This document shows positions 1 through 8,884 of a stretch of 64,000 bases of DNA, one piece after another; positions within the stretch are counted from its first letter, which is position 1, and each line of letters starts with the position of its first letter. A program made the translations under genes and the position numbers. The notes beneath the pieces were generated by a model, which saw nothing but the letters and a program-made list of their open reading frames with translations, had not been told where the DNA came from and ran no database searches. The stretch comes from Thermodesulfobacteriota bacterium (GTDB taxonomy: Bacteria > Desulfobacterota > Binatia > Bin18). The stretch spans positions 352,001 through 416,000 of the forward strand of contig OZ219926.1 in NCBI GenBank assembly GCA_964291405.2. Reading direction: 5' to 3'.

Positions 1-2
1 CA

Positions 3-998
3 GCCCCAACCCTCGTGCACGACGATATGGACGTCATCCTGCGTATCATTCGCGATGTCTTCACGCCGGATATTAATGAGATCATTATCGATAATGCGAA
101 TGATTACGAACGCATTAATGAATTCATCGCGACCTTCATGCCGCGTTTAACCGGTCGCGTGAAGCTCCACGACAAACAGGCTCCTATCTTTGAGCACTAC
201 AAAATTGAGCAGCAGATTACCAAAGCGCTCGACAGACGCGTCCCCCTCAAATCCGGCGGCCATATCGTGATTGACCACACAGAAGCGCTTACCGCGATTG
301 ATGTGAACACGGGCCGCTTTGTTGGGAAACGGAACCAAGAAGAGACCATGCTGCAGACTAACCTTGAAGCCGCCCAGGTCGTGGTCGAACAGCTACGCCT
401 GCGCAATATTGGGGGTCTCATCATCGTCGACTTTATCGATATGGAGCGAGCGGCCAACCGCACCAAAGTCACAGAAGCCCTTCGCGCGGCCCTGAAGAAA
501 GACAAGACCCGCAGCAATATGCGGAAGATTAGTGAACTCGGACTGGTTCAGATGACGCGCAAACGGACGCGGGAGAGCCTCCAACAGCAACTCTGCGCCC
601 CCTGCGCCGCTTGTGACGGCCGGGGCCATAGACAGTCGGTTCCCACTATCACCTACAATCTCATCCGCCAGTTACACAAAGAAGTGGCGCTTCAGCCGCA
701 CGCCCAAGCCGTCACCGTCTATGCCCATCCAGACGTTCTCGCTTTTTTATACGAGGAGGAAGAAGAATGGCTGGATGCCCTTGAGGCTCAACTCAACACC
801 CGCTTCTTTTTTCGGACCGACTCTGACTTTCATATTGAACAGTATGAAATCGAGATCACCGAAAAACGACCCGCACCCAAGGCAAAACCGAAAAAAGCTC
901 GGCCGAAGAAGAGTGCGACACCCAGAAAGCGGCGCGCCGGAAAACGGGCGACCCAGACTGCTAAACAGGAGCGCAGCGCAGACGCGGTATTGCTCTGA
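3..998 (+). CDS. rng: Ribonuclease G/E family, C-terminal part (5'-truncated by the window edge)
   Basis: Motifs TEALTAIDVNTG, LRLRNIGGLIIVDFIDM, ELGLVQMTRKR and the CAPCAAC Zn-link; the frame is open to the window edge; basic Lys/Arg-rich tail. Confidence 0.93.
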   Translation, partial: APTLVHDDMDVILRIIRDVFTPDINEIIIDNANDYERINEFIATFMPRLTGRVKLHDKQAPIFEHYKIEQQITKALDRRVPLKSGGHIVIDHTEALTAIDVNTGRFVGKRNQEETMLQTNLEAAQVVVEQLRLRNIGGLIIVDFIDMERAANRTKVTEALRAALKKDKTRSNMRKISELGLVQMTRKRTRESLQQQLCAPCAACDGRGHRQSVPTITYNLIRQLHKEVALQPHAQAVTVYAHPDVLAFLYEEEEEWLDALEAQLNTRFFFRTDSDFHIEQYEIEITEKRPAPKAKPKKARPKKSATPRKRRAGKRATQTAKQERSADAVLL

Positions 999-1041
999 TC
1001 ACTGTGTTGGATGTGCTTGGTATGACAAGCAGGGTAGCCCC

Positions 1042-1806
1042 TTACGTCAAGGTGACCCCACCATCAACAATAATATTCTGACCGGTCACAAAATCCGAGG
1101 CTGGAGACGCCAGAAATAGGGCAGCACCGATCAGATCGCGCGGTTCACCCAAACGACGCAACGGAGTCTGACGCAGCATTTCTTTTTCGACCTCAGGCCG
1201 GGTGAGATGCGGCGCCGTCATGCCGGTGCGAATATAGCCGGGGCTAAAACAATTCACATACACGCCGTGTCTCGCCCACCGCATGGCCAGCACCCGGGTG
1301 AGCTGGATAACACCGGCCTTAGCGGTCGAATAGGTCAGCCCCGAGTTGACTACTAGGCCCGAGATAGAGGCTGTGTTTACAATTTTCCCGCCGCCATGGT
1401 CCATCATATAGCGACCTGCGGCCTGGCAACACAGGAACACGCCAGTCAAGTCAACGTTGAGTTCCTCCTGCCAATCGGCTTGGCTGATATCTTCCGGCTT
1501 CCCAAGTTTCAGGATGCCGGCATTGTTAAAGGCAAAGTCCAGTCCACCCAACTCTTCGGTTGTCGTCTGGATCAGCCTTTCAACCTGATCTTTTTGCGAC
1601 ACGTCTATCGCCAGAGAACGGGCTTCCCCATGCTGAGCACAAATCTCTTCCGCCACTTTCCGGGCCGCCTCTTGATTGATATCGCTCACCACAACCGCCG
1701 CGCCGGCCTCGGCCATACCCAGGGCAATAGCGCGCCCCAGTCCCGAGCCGCCGCCGGTGACATACCCTCTCTTGCCGCTGACATCGAATAGACTATGTCC
1801 GCTCAT
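1042..1806 (-). CDS. SDR family oxidoreductase
   Basis: TGGGSGLG, NNAG and YSTAK motifs. The true start is MSGHSLFD at 1806; the 1042..2427 ORF is an antisense extension into the next gene. Confidence 0.9.
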   Translation of the reverse strand: MSGHSLFDVSGKRGYVTGGGSGLGRAIALGMAEAGAAVVVSDINQEAARKVAEEICAQHGEARSLAIDVSQKDQVERLIQTTTEELGGLDFAFNNAGILKLGKPEDISQADWQEELNVDLTGVFLCCQAAGRYMMDHGGGKIVNTASISGLVVNSGLTYSTAKAGVIQLTRVLAMRWARHGVYVNCFSPGYIRTGMTAPHLTRPEVEKEMLRQTPLRRLGEPRDLIGAALFLASPASDFVTGQNIIVDGGVTLT

Positions 1807-1998
1807 AGCCCGTCCTTTCCTTGTCGTTTTTTCGGAGTCTGTTTGTATCGATCTTCTCCAGCCGGAACAAGGCAAGTCGTCCGGCCCAGTCACCCTTCGC
1901 CGTTGAAGAAGTCGCTGGGGTGTGGCATAAGCGCGAAACAGGTCACTAGGAAGCGCTACGAACCGGATTCCATCTAGACACAAGGTAGGACCACCAGC

Positions 1999-3462
1999 AT
2001 GATGACCCAGACCCAAATGTCGAGAGGCCAGGACCGCCGTGTTTGGTTGTCTCTGCTTCTTGTCTTCCCGCTCGTCTTTACCCTTCCATGCCCGGCGGAG
2101 ACCCAGACCATCCCGGACATAGACTGGGCGGCGGTTGAGAAAGAGGCCGGCGAGCTGCTCAGTCAGGTCGTACAAATTGACACGTCCAACCCGCCGGGGA
2201 ACGAGACGGCCGCAGCCCAGTTCTGGCAGAACATCCTCATCCAAGAAGGCATTGAAGCCCAGGTCTACGAGTCGGAGCCGGGCCGGGGCATTATCTACGG
2301 CCGGCTCAAAGGTAACGGCAAGAAAAAGGCGCTCATCCTCCTGCATCATCTCGATGTGGTCCCCGCTGATCCAGTGGAATGGGAGTTCGACCCATTTGGC
2401 GGGGTTATCAAAGATGGCTACGTCCACGGGCGGGGTGCGATCGATTGTAAAGGCGTGAGTGTCGTCCAGTTTCTTGCGCTGGCCTTACTCAAGCGTAGTG
2501 GCCTGAGTTTTGAACGCGACATTATTTTTCTCGGCACAGGGGACGAAGAAGTCGGTGGCAGAAAAGGCGCCGGCTGGTTTGTTGACACGCATTTCGACCT
2601 GATTGCCGACGCAGAGTTTCTCCTGACCGAAGGGGGCGGTATCCGGCAGCGCGAGGGCAAGCGCTCGTATCGCGTTTCAGTGGCGGAAAAGGCACCGTGC
2701 TGGATCGAGCTCAAGGCAACAGGACCGGCAGGACATGGATCGAGCCCAAAGCCGGAGACAGCGGTGAACCGCCTCGTGCGGGCCTTGGATAAAATTCGTC
2801 GCCATGAGACGGCTTTCAAGGTCGTGCCTGCGGTTCAGGCGTATTTCAGTGCCCTGGCCGACTCCGAGGATGGGGAAACGGCGCAACACTACCGAGCGCT
2901 TGAACAGTCCCTCCAAGACGAGACGTTTCGCAAGAAATTCACGGCAAATCCGGGCCATAATGCCCTGGTGCGGAATACCATCTCCCTGACCGTTCTTAAC
3001 GGCAGTCCGAAAACCAATGTTGTGCCGGCCTCGGCGTCCGCCCACCTTGACTGCCGCCTCCTGCCGGGAGAAGACCCGCAACAATTCATCGCAGAACTCA
3101 AACAGGTGGTGGATGATCCGCATGTCCAGTTCTCAACCCTGTTAAACTTCCCTTCCGTTGCCTCGGCCCCGGATACATCCCTCTTCGAGGCGATCCGTTC
3201 CGTTGCCGCACGCAGAGACCCGCACGCCCCGGTTCTCCCCAGCGTCCTGGGTGGCTTCACCGACACGCATTATTTCAGAGAAAAAGGCATTACCAGCTAC
3301 GGCTTTTCAGGCCTCGCACTCGCAGCAGAAGACACCCGTGGAGTACACGGTCTGAACGAGCGGATGCCCCTGGCGGCCTTACGGGATGCCGTGCAGGTGC
3401 TGCTTGAGGTCGTGCTGTCCATCGACGCTCAGCCTGAAGGAGGGAACGCGCATGGCGGTTAG
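1999..3462 (+). CDS. Secreted M20/M25/M40 metallopeptidase (ArgE/DapE-like)
   Basis: Signal peptide; HHLDVV, GRGAIDCKG, DEEVGG, GHGS and HGLNE motifs. Confidence 0.9.
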   Translation: MMTQTQMSRGQDRRVWLSLLLVFPLVFTLPCPAETQTIPDIDWAAVEKEAGELLSQVVQIDTSNPPGNETAAAQFWQNILIQEGIEAQVYESEPGRGIIYGRLKGNGKKKALILLHHLDVVPADPVEWEFDPFGGVIKDGYVHGRGAIDCKGVSVVQFLALALLKRSGLSFERDIIFLGTGDEEVGGRKGAGWFVDTHFDLIADAEFLLTEGGGIRQREGKRSYRVSVAEKAPCWIELKATGPAGHGSSPKPETAVNRLVRALDKIRRHETAFKVVPAVQAYFSALADSEDGETAQHYRALEQSLQDETFRKKFTANPGHNALVRNTISLTVLNGSPKTNVVPASASAHLDCRLLPGEDPQQFIAELKQVVDDPHVQFSTLLNFPSVASAPDTSLFEAIRSVAARRDPHAPVLPSVLGGFTDTHYFREKGITSYGFSGLALAAEDTRGVHGLNERMPLAALRDAVQVLLEVVLSIDAQPEGGNAHGG

Positions 3463-3712
3463 TCAGGAGCTACTGGCTATCCTGGTGTGTCCGGAGACCA
3501 AACAGTCCGTGGCACTGGCCCCGACCGAGCTGGTAGACACACTCAACACCCGTATTCAAAACGGCAGCCTCAAAAACCGGGCGGGCGAGGTCGTCTCCGC
3601 AGCCATGGAGGCGGCCCTGATCCGTGAAGACCAGCACTATTGCTACCCCATTCGAGACGATATCCCGGTCATGTTGATCGACGAAGCCATTCCCCTGCCT
3701 CCGCCCGGATAA
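3452..3712 (+). CDS. Trm112-like family protein
   Basis: MAVSQELLAILVCPETK...YPIRDDIPVMLIDEA; GGAGGG RBS upstream of ATG 3452. Confidence 0.85.
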   Translation: MAVSQELLAILVCPETKQSVALAPTELVDTLNTRIQNGSLKNRAGEVVSAAMEAALIREDQHYCYPIRDDIPVMLIDEAIPLPPPG

Positions 3713-3759
3713 TCGGACTAGGATGTGGGGCGTCGACCCTCCCCTGTCGTGGTATCGCA

Positions 3760-6102
3760 TTAGAACGTTGTCCGCAGGCCGATTGTCACCACCCGTCCGG
3801 GCTCGAACACTTCCCGGCCGGTAAACGGATTCTCTCGGGTGATATGCTCGTTATAGTTCTTGTCGAACAGGTTCTCGACCTGCACCATGAGTTCGTGACG
3901 CCCGAACAAGCGCCAACCAGCCCCGATATCAACCGTCACATGTCCCTGCGTCGCGTCTTCGCCGAATGCGGTATCAATGCGATGCTGGCTCTGAACGAGG
4001 CGCAGCATCGGGCTGAGCCAGAATCCCCGGTGCGGATGCTCGTATCTCAGCCCAAACCGGCCTTCCAAAGGCGGAATCTCGGGCAGCGCCCGGTCGTCTT
4101 CCTCGTTTTCTCCACGCACATAGGCAAAGGAGCCGTGCAGCGACAGGTTTTCGCGCAGTTCATAGCTCAGGCTCAGGTCCGCGCCCAGCAATGTGGCATG
4201 ATCGATATTGCGAAACCCACGCAGGTTGCACGGTCCGTGCGGACACTGGAATGCCCGGTCCAGAATGTATTGCAGAATGTAGTCCTCAATCCGATTGTAG
4301 AAGAGGGCCCCGTCCACGGCCAATCGGCCCCACCTCGTGTGGATACCCGTATCGACCTCAAAGCTCTCTTCCGGGTCTAAACCGGGATTGCCGATATAAA
4401 AACCGCCCGGTCCGGGTCCCAACGCCAAATACCGCTCGGTCGCATCCGCGGTGCGCGCAGCGCGGCCCACCCCGACAAACAGGTCGAGCGCGGATACCGG
4501 CGAGTAGACCAGCCTTGTGTTGGCGCTGACATTCGTCTCGAAGGCGTCCACGGCGTCGGCACCGGCACTGTAATAGGCACGGTACTGCATGCGCTCGGTC
4601 GGGCCCGGATTCGCGCCGGCAGCGACAAAATCGACCCGCGCACCAACGATGAGACGCCACTTCGGAGTCGGCAGATAGACGTACTCGCCAAAGATGCCGC
4701 CGTCCATAATGTGCGTCCCCGGCCAAGCATGGAAATAGCGGGTGGTGCCGACCCTGTCTCCACTGAGAAACGAGAGATGATTGGTACCCTCGCGTTCGAG
4801 TCTGTACACGTCTCCACCAAGAGACAGGCGGCCCCCAAAGCCCGGCAGGATGTCTGCCTGCACCCGTCCGCCGAATGTTCGGGCGTCCAGCGGAAAGACA
4901 ATGCGCCTGACCGGGTGCGCATGTCCGGCATGCTCTCCATGCCCGGTATGTATCATGTCGCCGTGGCCAGTACCTGTCATATGGTGGCCCTCGTTCATCA
5001 TGTCGCCGTGACCATGTCCAGCCATGCTGTCGTGCTGACTATGTTCTTCATTCCTCCGCCCGGCAGGGTGTCCAGAGCCGTCCTGCATACCGGGGCCGGA
5101 GCCGTCCTGCCCTCCTCCGCCGGTGCCACTCCCGGCCCGATGGGGCTTATGGTCATTGTTCATGCGATGATGCACGTAGTTGTAGTAGCCGCTGAATTGC
5201 AGGCTCTCCACAAATGAGAACGGATTGCTGAGGGTGTAGGACACGGAGCCGAGATAGGCGTCATCTTCTTCCAGGTGCAGCGGCAACGCGTCGAAACGGG
5301 TATCCCGGTCGGACTCCCGGCTTATGGACAGCAGAAAACGATGATCGGCGTGCGGTTGCCACAGGAGCGTGCCGGAGACCGATTGGCTCTGAAATCCGGA
5401 CTGTATCCGTTCGCCGTCACCCGAGTCATAGTCCTGATAATCGCGGTAGCTGCCAGCCAGCCGAAACGCCAAGGCGGGCCCACCGGCACTGACCGATGCC
5501 TTGGTGGTAAACCCGTTGTAATTGCTGATGTAGGCTGCTCCAAGCGAACCATGCGCATCCCAGTGTGGTGAAAGTTCCGGTTTCTTGGTGACCAGGTTGA
5601 TCGTTCCACCGATACTGCTCGGACCCCGTGTCACCGAGTACGGTCCCTTGATCACTTCGATGGCTTCCAGCTCATCCACATCCAGCAGCGAGGTCGGCGG
5701 GTCCATGCGAAACGGCCCGCCCCCCCATATCTTCGTGCCATTGGTCATGACACTCAAACGGTCTTCACGCAGCCCGCGGATAACCGGGTCAAGATTGATG
5801 CCGCCACTCCGTTTGCCGGTCACGCCGGGGACCCTGCTTTTCAGGGCTTCGGCGACATCCTTGGCCTGAGATGCCCGGATCTGCTCGGCCGTTACCAGAG
5901 CGGTCGATGCCCCGCTGACAGGGGTAATACGCTCAACCGAGACGAGTATGTCTTCAAGTTCAATCGCTTCCGCTTCTCCGGAGCCCGAAGTCTCTTTTTG
6001 GGCTTGCGCCAAGCTCGTCCGTTCTCCGATAGTTACGGACAGGCTCAGAACAATCAGGCTCCAGACGCATCTTCTCCAGATGCCCGAGTACAGTGCTAAC
6101 AT
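3760..6102 (-). CDS. TonB-dependent receptor, OprC/NosA (copper receptor)-like, with a His/Met-rich loop
   Basis: Plug motifs DPVIRGL, RMDPPTS and EVIKGPYS; HHRM; C-terminal NLFDKNY...EPGR...F; start at ATG 6102 (GGAG RBS, then a signal peptide). Confidence 0.9.
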   Translation of the reverse strand: MLALYSGIWRRCVWSLIVLSLSVTIGERTSLAQAQKETSGSGEAEAIELEDILVSVERITPVSGASTALVTAEQIRASQAKDVAEALKSRVPGVTGKRSGGINLDPVIRGLREDRLSVMTNGTKIWGGGPFRMDPPTSLLDVDELEAIEVIKGPYSVTRGPSSIGGTINLVTKKPELSPHWDAHGSLGAAYISNYNGFTTKASVSAGGPALAFRLAGSYRDYQDYDSGDGERIQSGFQSQSVSGTLLWQPHADHRFLLSISRESDRDTRFDALPLHLEEDDAYLGSVSYTLSNPFSFVESLQFSGYYNYVHHRMNNDHKPHRAGSGTGGGGQDGSGPGMQDGSGHPAGRRNEEHSQHDSMAGHGHGDMMNEGHHMTGTGHGDMIHTGHGEHAGHAHPVRRIVFPLDARTFGGRVQADILPGFGGRLSLGGDVYRLEREGTNHLSFLSGDRVGTTRYFHAWPGTHIMDGGIFGEYVYLPTPKWRLIVGARVDFVAAGANPGPTERMQYRAYYSAGADAVDAFETNVSANTRLVYSPVSALDLFVGVGRAARTADATERYLALGPGPGGFYIGNPGLDPEESFEVDTGIHTRWGRLAVDGALFYNRIEDYILQYILDRAFQCPHGPCNLRGFRNIDHATLLGADLSLSYELRENLSLHGSFAYVRGENEEDDRALPEIPPLEGRFGLRYEHPHRGFWLSPMLRLVQSQHRIDTAFGEDATQGHVTVDIGAGWRLFGRHELMVQVENLFDKNYNEHITRENPFTGREVFEPGRVVTIGLRTTF

Positions 6103-6126
6103 CGTGTTGTTCTCCACTTTCAGTCG

Positions 6127-6147
6127 GCCGGACGCGAGTCGTCCGGC
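6127..6147 (-). promoter_or_regulatory. Perfect 8-bp hairpin in the leader between the DUF2946-like ORF and the receptor RBS
   Basis: GCCGGACG-cgagt-CGTCCGGC, about 25 nt upstream of the receptor start. Confidence 0.45.
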
Positions 6148-6237
6148 ACTTCGCCCCGCCCGTGTGACAGTATTCTCGCCACGAAGAGCGGGTGGTCCTT
6201 TAACGCGCACTGTCTGATAAGACCGCGCGAATGATGC

Positions 6238-6663
6238 TTACACGAACCGTGGAGAACGTGGCGGGGGCGTGGGGGGTACAATAGCCAACTCGGCATAGCG
6301 GAGCGGCTGTGAAAAATAGAAACGTCGCTCAGGCTGAAGGCCGGGCAGTCCGACGCTCTGCGTCAGCACGAATCGCAGGGCCTGCGCTGACACCACTCCA
6401 TCCGGCCCGGACGGATGGCATGTTTGCAAAGCACACTGAAAGCTGGTCCGTGGCTTCTGGTGTGCATGCGGGCAATTCGGGCTATGAGAGGAATGCGTAC
6501 GAGTCTTCTTTCCGTATGAGATGGGACAGTGCTGTTTCGTTTCACAGCAGGCATGCTGGTTTGCAAAGAGGAGCAACTGGAGTCCCTGCCCGATTCGGCC
6601 CTGGCCCAGAAAGGCGAGAGCGAGTAGCAGAACGAGACAACGAATGATAGAGGGCCGCTTCAA
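6238..6663 (-). CDS. DUF2946/CruR-like Cys/His-rich leader protein with a C-terminal polyproline motif
   Basis: N-terminal hydrophobic segment; HACC, HCP, CPHAH and CxxxxCH; ends ...PPTPPPRSPRFV; lies 135 nt upstream of the TonB receptor; TTG start with GGGAG. Confidence 0.6.
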   Translation of the reverse strand: MKRPSIIRCLVLLLALAFLGQGRIGQGLQLLLFANQHACCETKQHCPISYGKKTRTHSSHSPNCPHAHQKPRTSFQCALQTCHPSGPDGVVSAQALRFVLTQSVGLPGLQPERRFYFSQPLRYAELAIVPPTPPPRSPRFV

Positions 6664-6815
6664 TACAAATCTCCCAGCCCCCCTGTACTATAAGACGCCA
6701 CCCCCAGGAGCAAGACACACCCTTACCTGTACGAGTCCTCGACTGCAAAAGTATGGTACACTTTCACAGGAGTCGGAAACGGAATCGCACAATAGACCAG
6801 AGTAAGGAGTCATTC

Positions 6816-7307
6816 ATGGACGCATATAAGAAGCTCGATACTACCCCCGCCGAGCAGCCCTCAATCAAACGCCGCGATGTCCTGCTGGGTGTGTCGGGCG
6901 CTACCCTGGCCGGGCTAGTGGCCTCTCCAGCTCTGGCCGCCCATCACGAGCAGGCTGAGCATGCACATGACGACGCCCCCAAATACCGTCCGCTCGTCCT
7001 AGCGGCCCAAGCCTGCGTAGGGATCGGAGCGATGTGCCTGAAGCATTGTCTGAATCTGTTTGCGGCAGGTGACACATCACTGTCTGCCTGCGCTGCGCGC
7101 ATTCAAGAGATGAACGCGGTGAGTGAAGCACTGGGGGTGCTCGCCGCAGCGGATTCCGCTCAGCTCAAAGCCTTTATCCCTGTCTGCATAGCTGTTCACG
7201 ACGCATGTGAAGAGGAATGTCGCAAGCATACCCACCATCCGCTCTGCATAGAGACCGCCGAGGCATGCGCTAAAGTCACGGCGGAATGCAAAAAAGTGGT
7301 GGCCTGA
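6816..7307 (+). CDS. Tat-exported four-helix-bundle copper storage protein (Csp1/2-like)
   Basis: KRRDVL twin-arginine signal; periodic Cys pattern (CLKHC, CEEEC); AAGGAG RBS. Confidence 0.85.
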   Translation: MDAYKKLDTTPAEQPSIKRRDVLLGVSGATLAGLVASPALAAHHEQAEHAHDDAPKYRPLVLAAQACVGIGAMCLKHCLNLFAAGDTSLSACAARIQEMNAVSEALGVLAAADSAQLKAFIPVCIAVHDACEEECRKHTHHPLCIETAEACAKVTAECKKVVA

Positions 7308-7336
7308 GAAGGACCGTACTTCTTACCTCTCTCCAT

Positions 7337-8206
7337 CTAATCAACCCGACGCTGCCGGGACGGCCGCTTCCCGACAGCTTTCCGTGAACGCGCACTTCTT
7401 GAACCTGCTGTGCGTTTGCGTGGCTTTGGACGGTCAAACGCATAGTCGTAATCGATACGCAACGGCGCATGATCGGAAAAGCGTTCTTCCTTGTAGATCG
7501 CGGTCTGCGTTGCCAGTTTGGCTAAACCCGGTGTGACCACCTGGTAATCGATCCGCCAGCCAACGTTTTTCGCCCAGGCCCGGCCACGAAACGACCACCA
7601 GGTATATTCTTCCGCTTCCGGGTTGACCCGTCGAAACGCATCCACCAGACCGACTTCATCAAATATCTGCGTCATCCAGGCGCGCTCTTCGGGGAGAAAG
7701 CCGGAGTTCTTCTGATTACCTCGCCAGTTTCTTATGTCCTTCTTGGTATGGGCGATATTCCAGTCCCCACACAGGACAACATGACGACGGCTGGCTCGCA
7801 GCGCCTTCAGCTCCGGCAAGAGTTGGTCCATGAAGCGATATTTCACCCGCTGCCGTCCCTCGGAGCTCGAACCGGACGGCAGGTACATCGAAATCACCGC
7901 AAGCCGGCCAAAGTCCGCCCGCAGATAGCGTCCTTCGCGGTTCGCGTCAGGCCAGCCCCAGCCAACCCGAACCCTATCCGGTTGCCGTCGGGCATAGATG
8001 CCCACGCCGGAATAGCCCGGCTTTTCCGCGTAATGAAAAGTCCCGGTCAGGGCTCCGACTTCCTGGTAGGTGGGGATGACATCTTTTTCCTGGGCTTTGA
8101 GCTCTTGGACACACACCACGTCGGCGTTTTGTTTTTCCAGCCAGGCAAAAAACCCTTTGCTCGCCACCGACCGAATGCCGTTCAGGTTACAGGTAATAAT
8201 CCGCAT
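7337..8206 (-). CDS. xth: Exodeoxyribonuclease III
   Basis: MRIITCNLNGIRS, QELK, GDWNIAH, YTWWSFR, GWRIDY and SDHAP motifs. Confidence 0.95.
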   Translation of the reverse strand: MRIITCNLNGIRSVASKGFFAWLEKQNADVVCVQELKAQEKDVIPTYQEVGALTGTFHYAEKPGYSGVGIYARRQPDRVRVGWGWPDANREGRYLRADFGRLAVISMYLPSGSSSEGRQRVKYRFMDQLLPELKALRASRRHVVLCGDWNIAHTKKDIRNWRGNQKNSGFLPEERAWMTQIFDEVGLVDAFRRVNPEAEEYTWWSFRGRAWAKNVGWRIDYQVVTPGLAKLATQTAIYKEERFSDHAPLRIDYDYAFDRPKPRKRTAGSRSARSRKAVGKRPSRQRRVD

Positions 8207-8349
8207 CGCCGTGTTCCTCCCCACGCAGCTTGAGCGCCACCTTGCCCCACCGACGGTAGGCGGTCAACAACCCGCTCTCCCCTACAAGACAGCCGCCTTT
8301 GGCCACGATATAATATGGTTCCTATCTCTTGTGAGTCGGAGGAGAAGAT

Positions 8350-8829
8350 ATGACACGATTACACGTCGAAGGTGAAGTCCGGTCACCCCAGGCCTTTAGT
8401 TTTGCCGAGCTACGTACACTCGCGGATCAGATTGAGGACGTGAGCCAGCTTGTTCCTGGCCGAGAGGGCAGCGCCGTCCGCCTGCAAACGGTATTGGAGC
8501 AGGTCGGGCCAAAAGAAGCCGTCCGCTATATCACCCTGGAGTCCACAGACGGAAAATTCTCCGCTAGCGTACCGCTGGAAGCCGTACAAGAGGGGATTAT
8601 TGCCTATCGTTTCAACGATACGGCCCTACCGGAGAACAAAGGCGGGCCGTATCGCTTTTTTATTCCAAACGTTTCAGAGTGCCATGTGGGTGAGGTTGAC
8701 GCCTGCGCCAATGTCAAATTTCTGGGCCGCATCTGCCTGAGCCACGAGAAAGGCCGGGATGTCCGACCGACCAGTCCACAGGCGCATGAGGAGCATCATC
8801 AAAAGCCCGGCCACGAGCATCTGACCTGA
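8350..8829 (+). CDS. Small molybdopterin-oxidoreductase (sulfite oxidase fold)-like protein with a His-rich tail
   Basis: LHVEGEV, STDGKFSASVPL, L(P)ENKGGPYR and NVKFL resemble the Oxidored_molyb domain. Confidence 0.6.
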   Translation: MTRLHVEGEVRSPQAFSFAELRTLADQIEDVSQLVPGREGSAVRLQTVLEQVGPKEAVRYITLESTDGKFSASVPLEAVQEGIIAYRFNDTALPENKGGPYRFFIPNVSECHVGEVDACANVKFLGRICLSHEKGRDVRPTSPQAHEEHHQKPGHEHLT

Positions 8830-8861
8830 AGGAAGGGGGCAGACGACTGCCCCCTTCCTTC
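8828..8861. terminator. Bidirectional terminator-like hairpin between convergent genes
   Basis: Perfect 15-bp stem GAAGGAAGGGGGCAG-acga-CTGCCCCCTTCCTTC. Confidence 0.7.
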
Positions 8862-8884
8862 ACAAACTCGGTGAAAAGCCACGC

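Noticed and set aside
1807-2427. Long N-terminal extension of the SDR (461-aa ORF)
   Set aside because: It is antisense to the M20 peptidase; the SDR fold starts at 1806.
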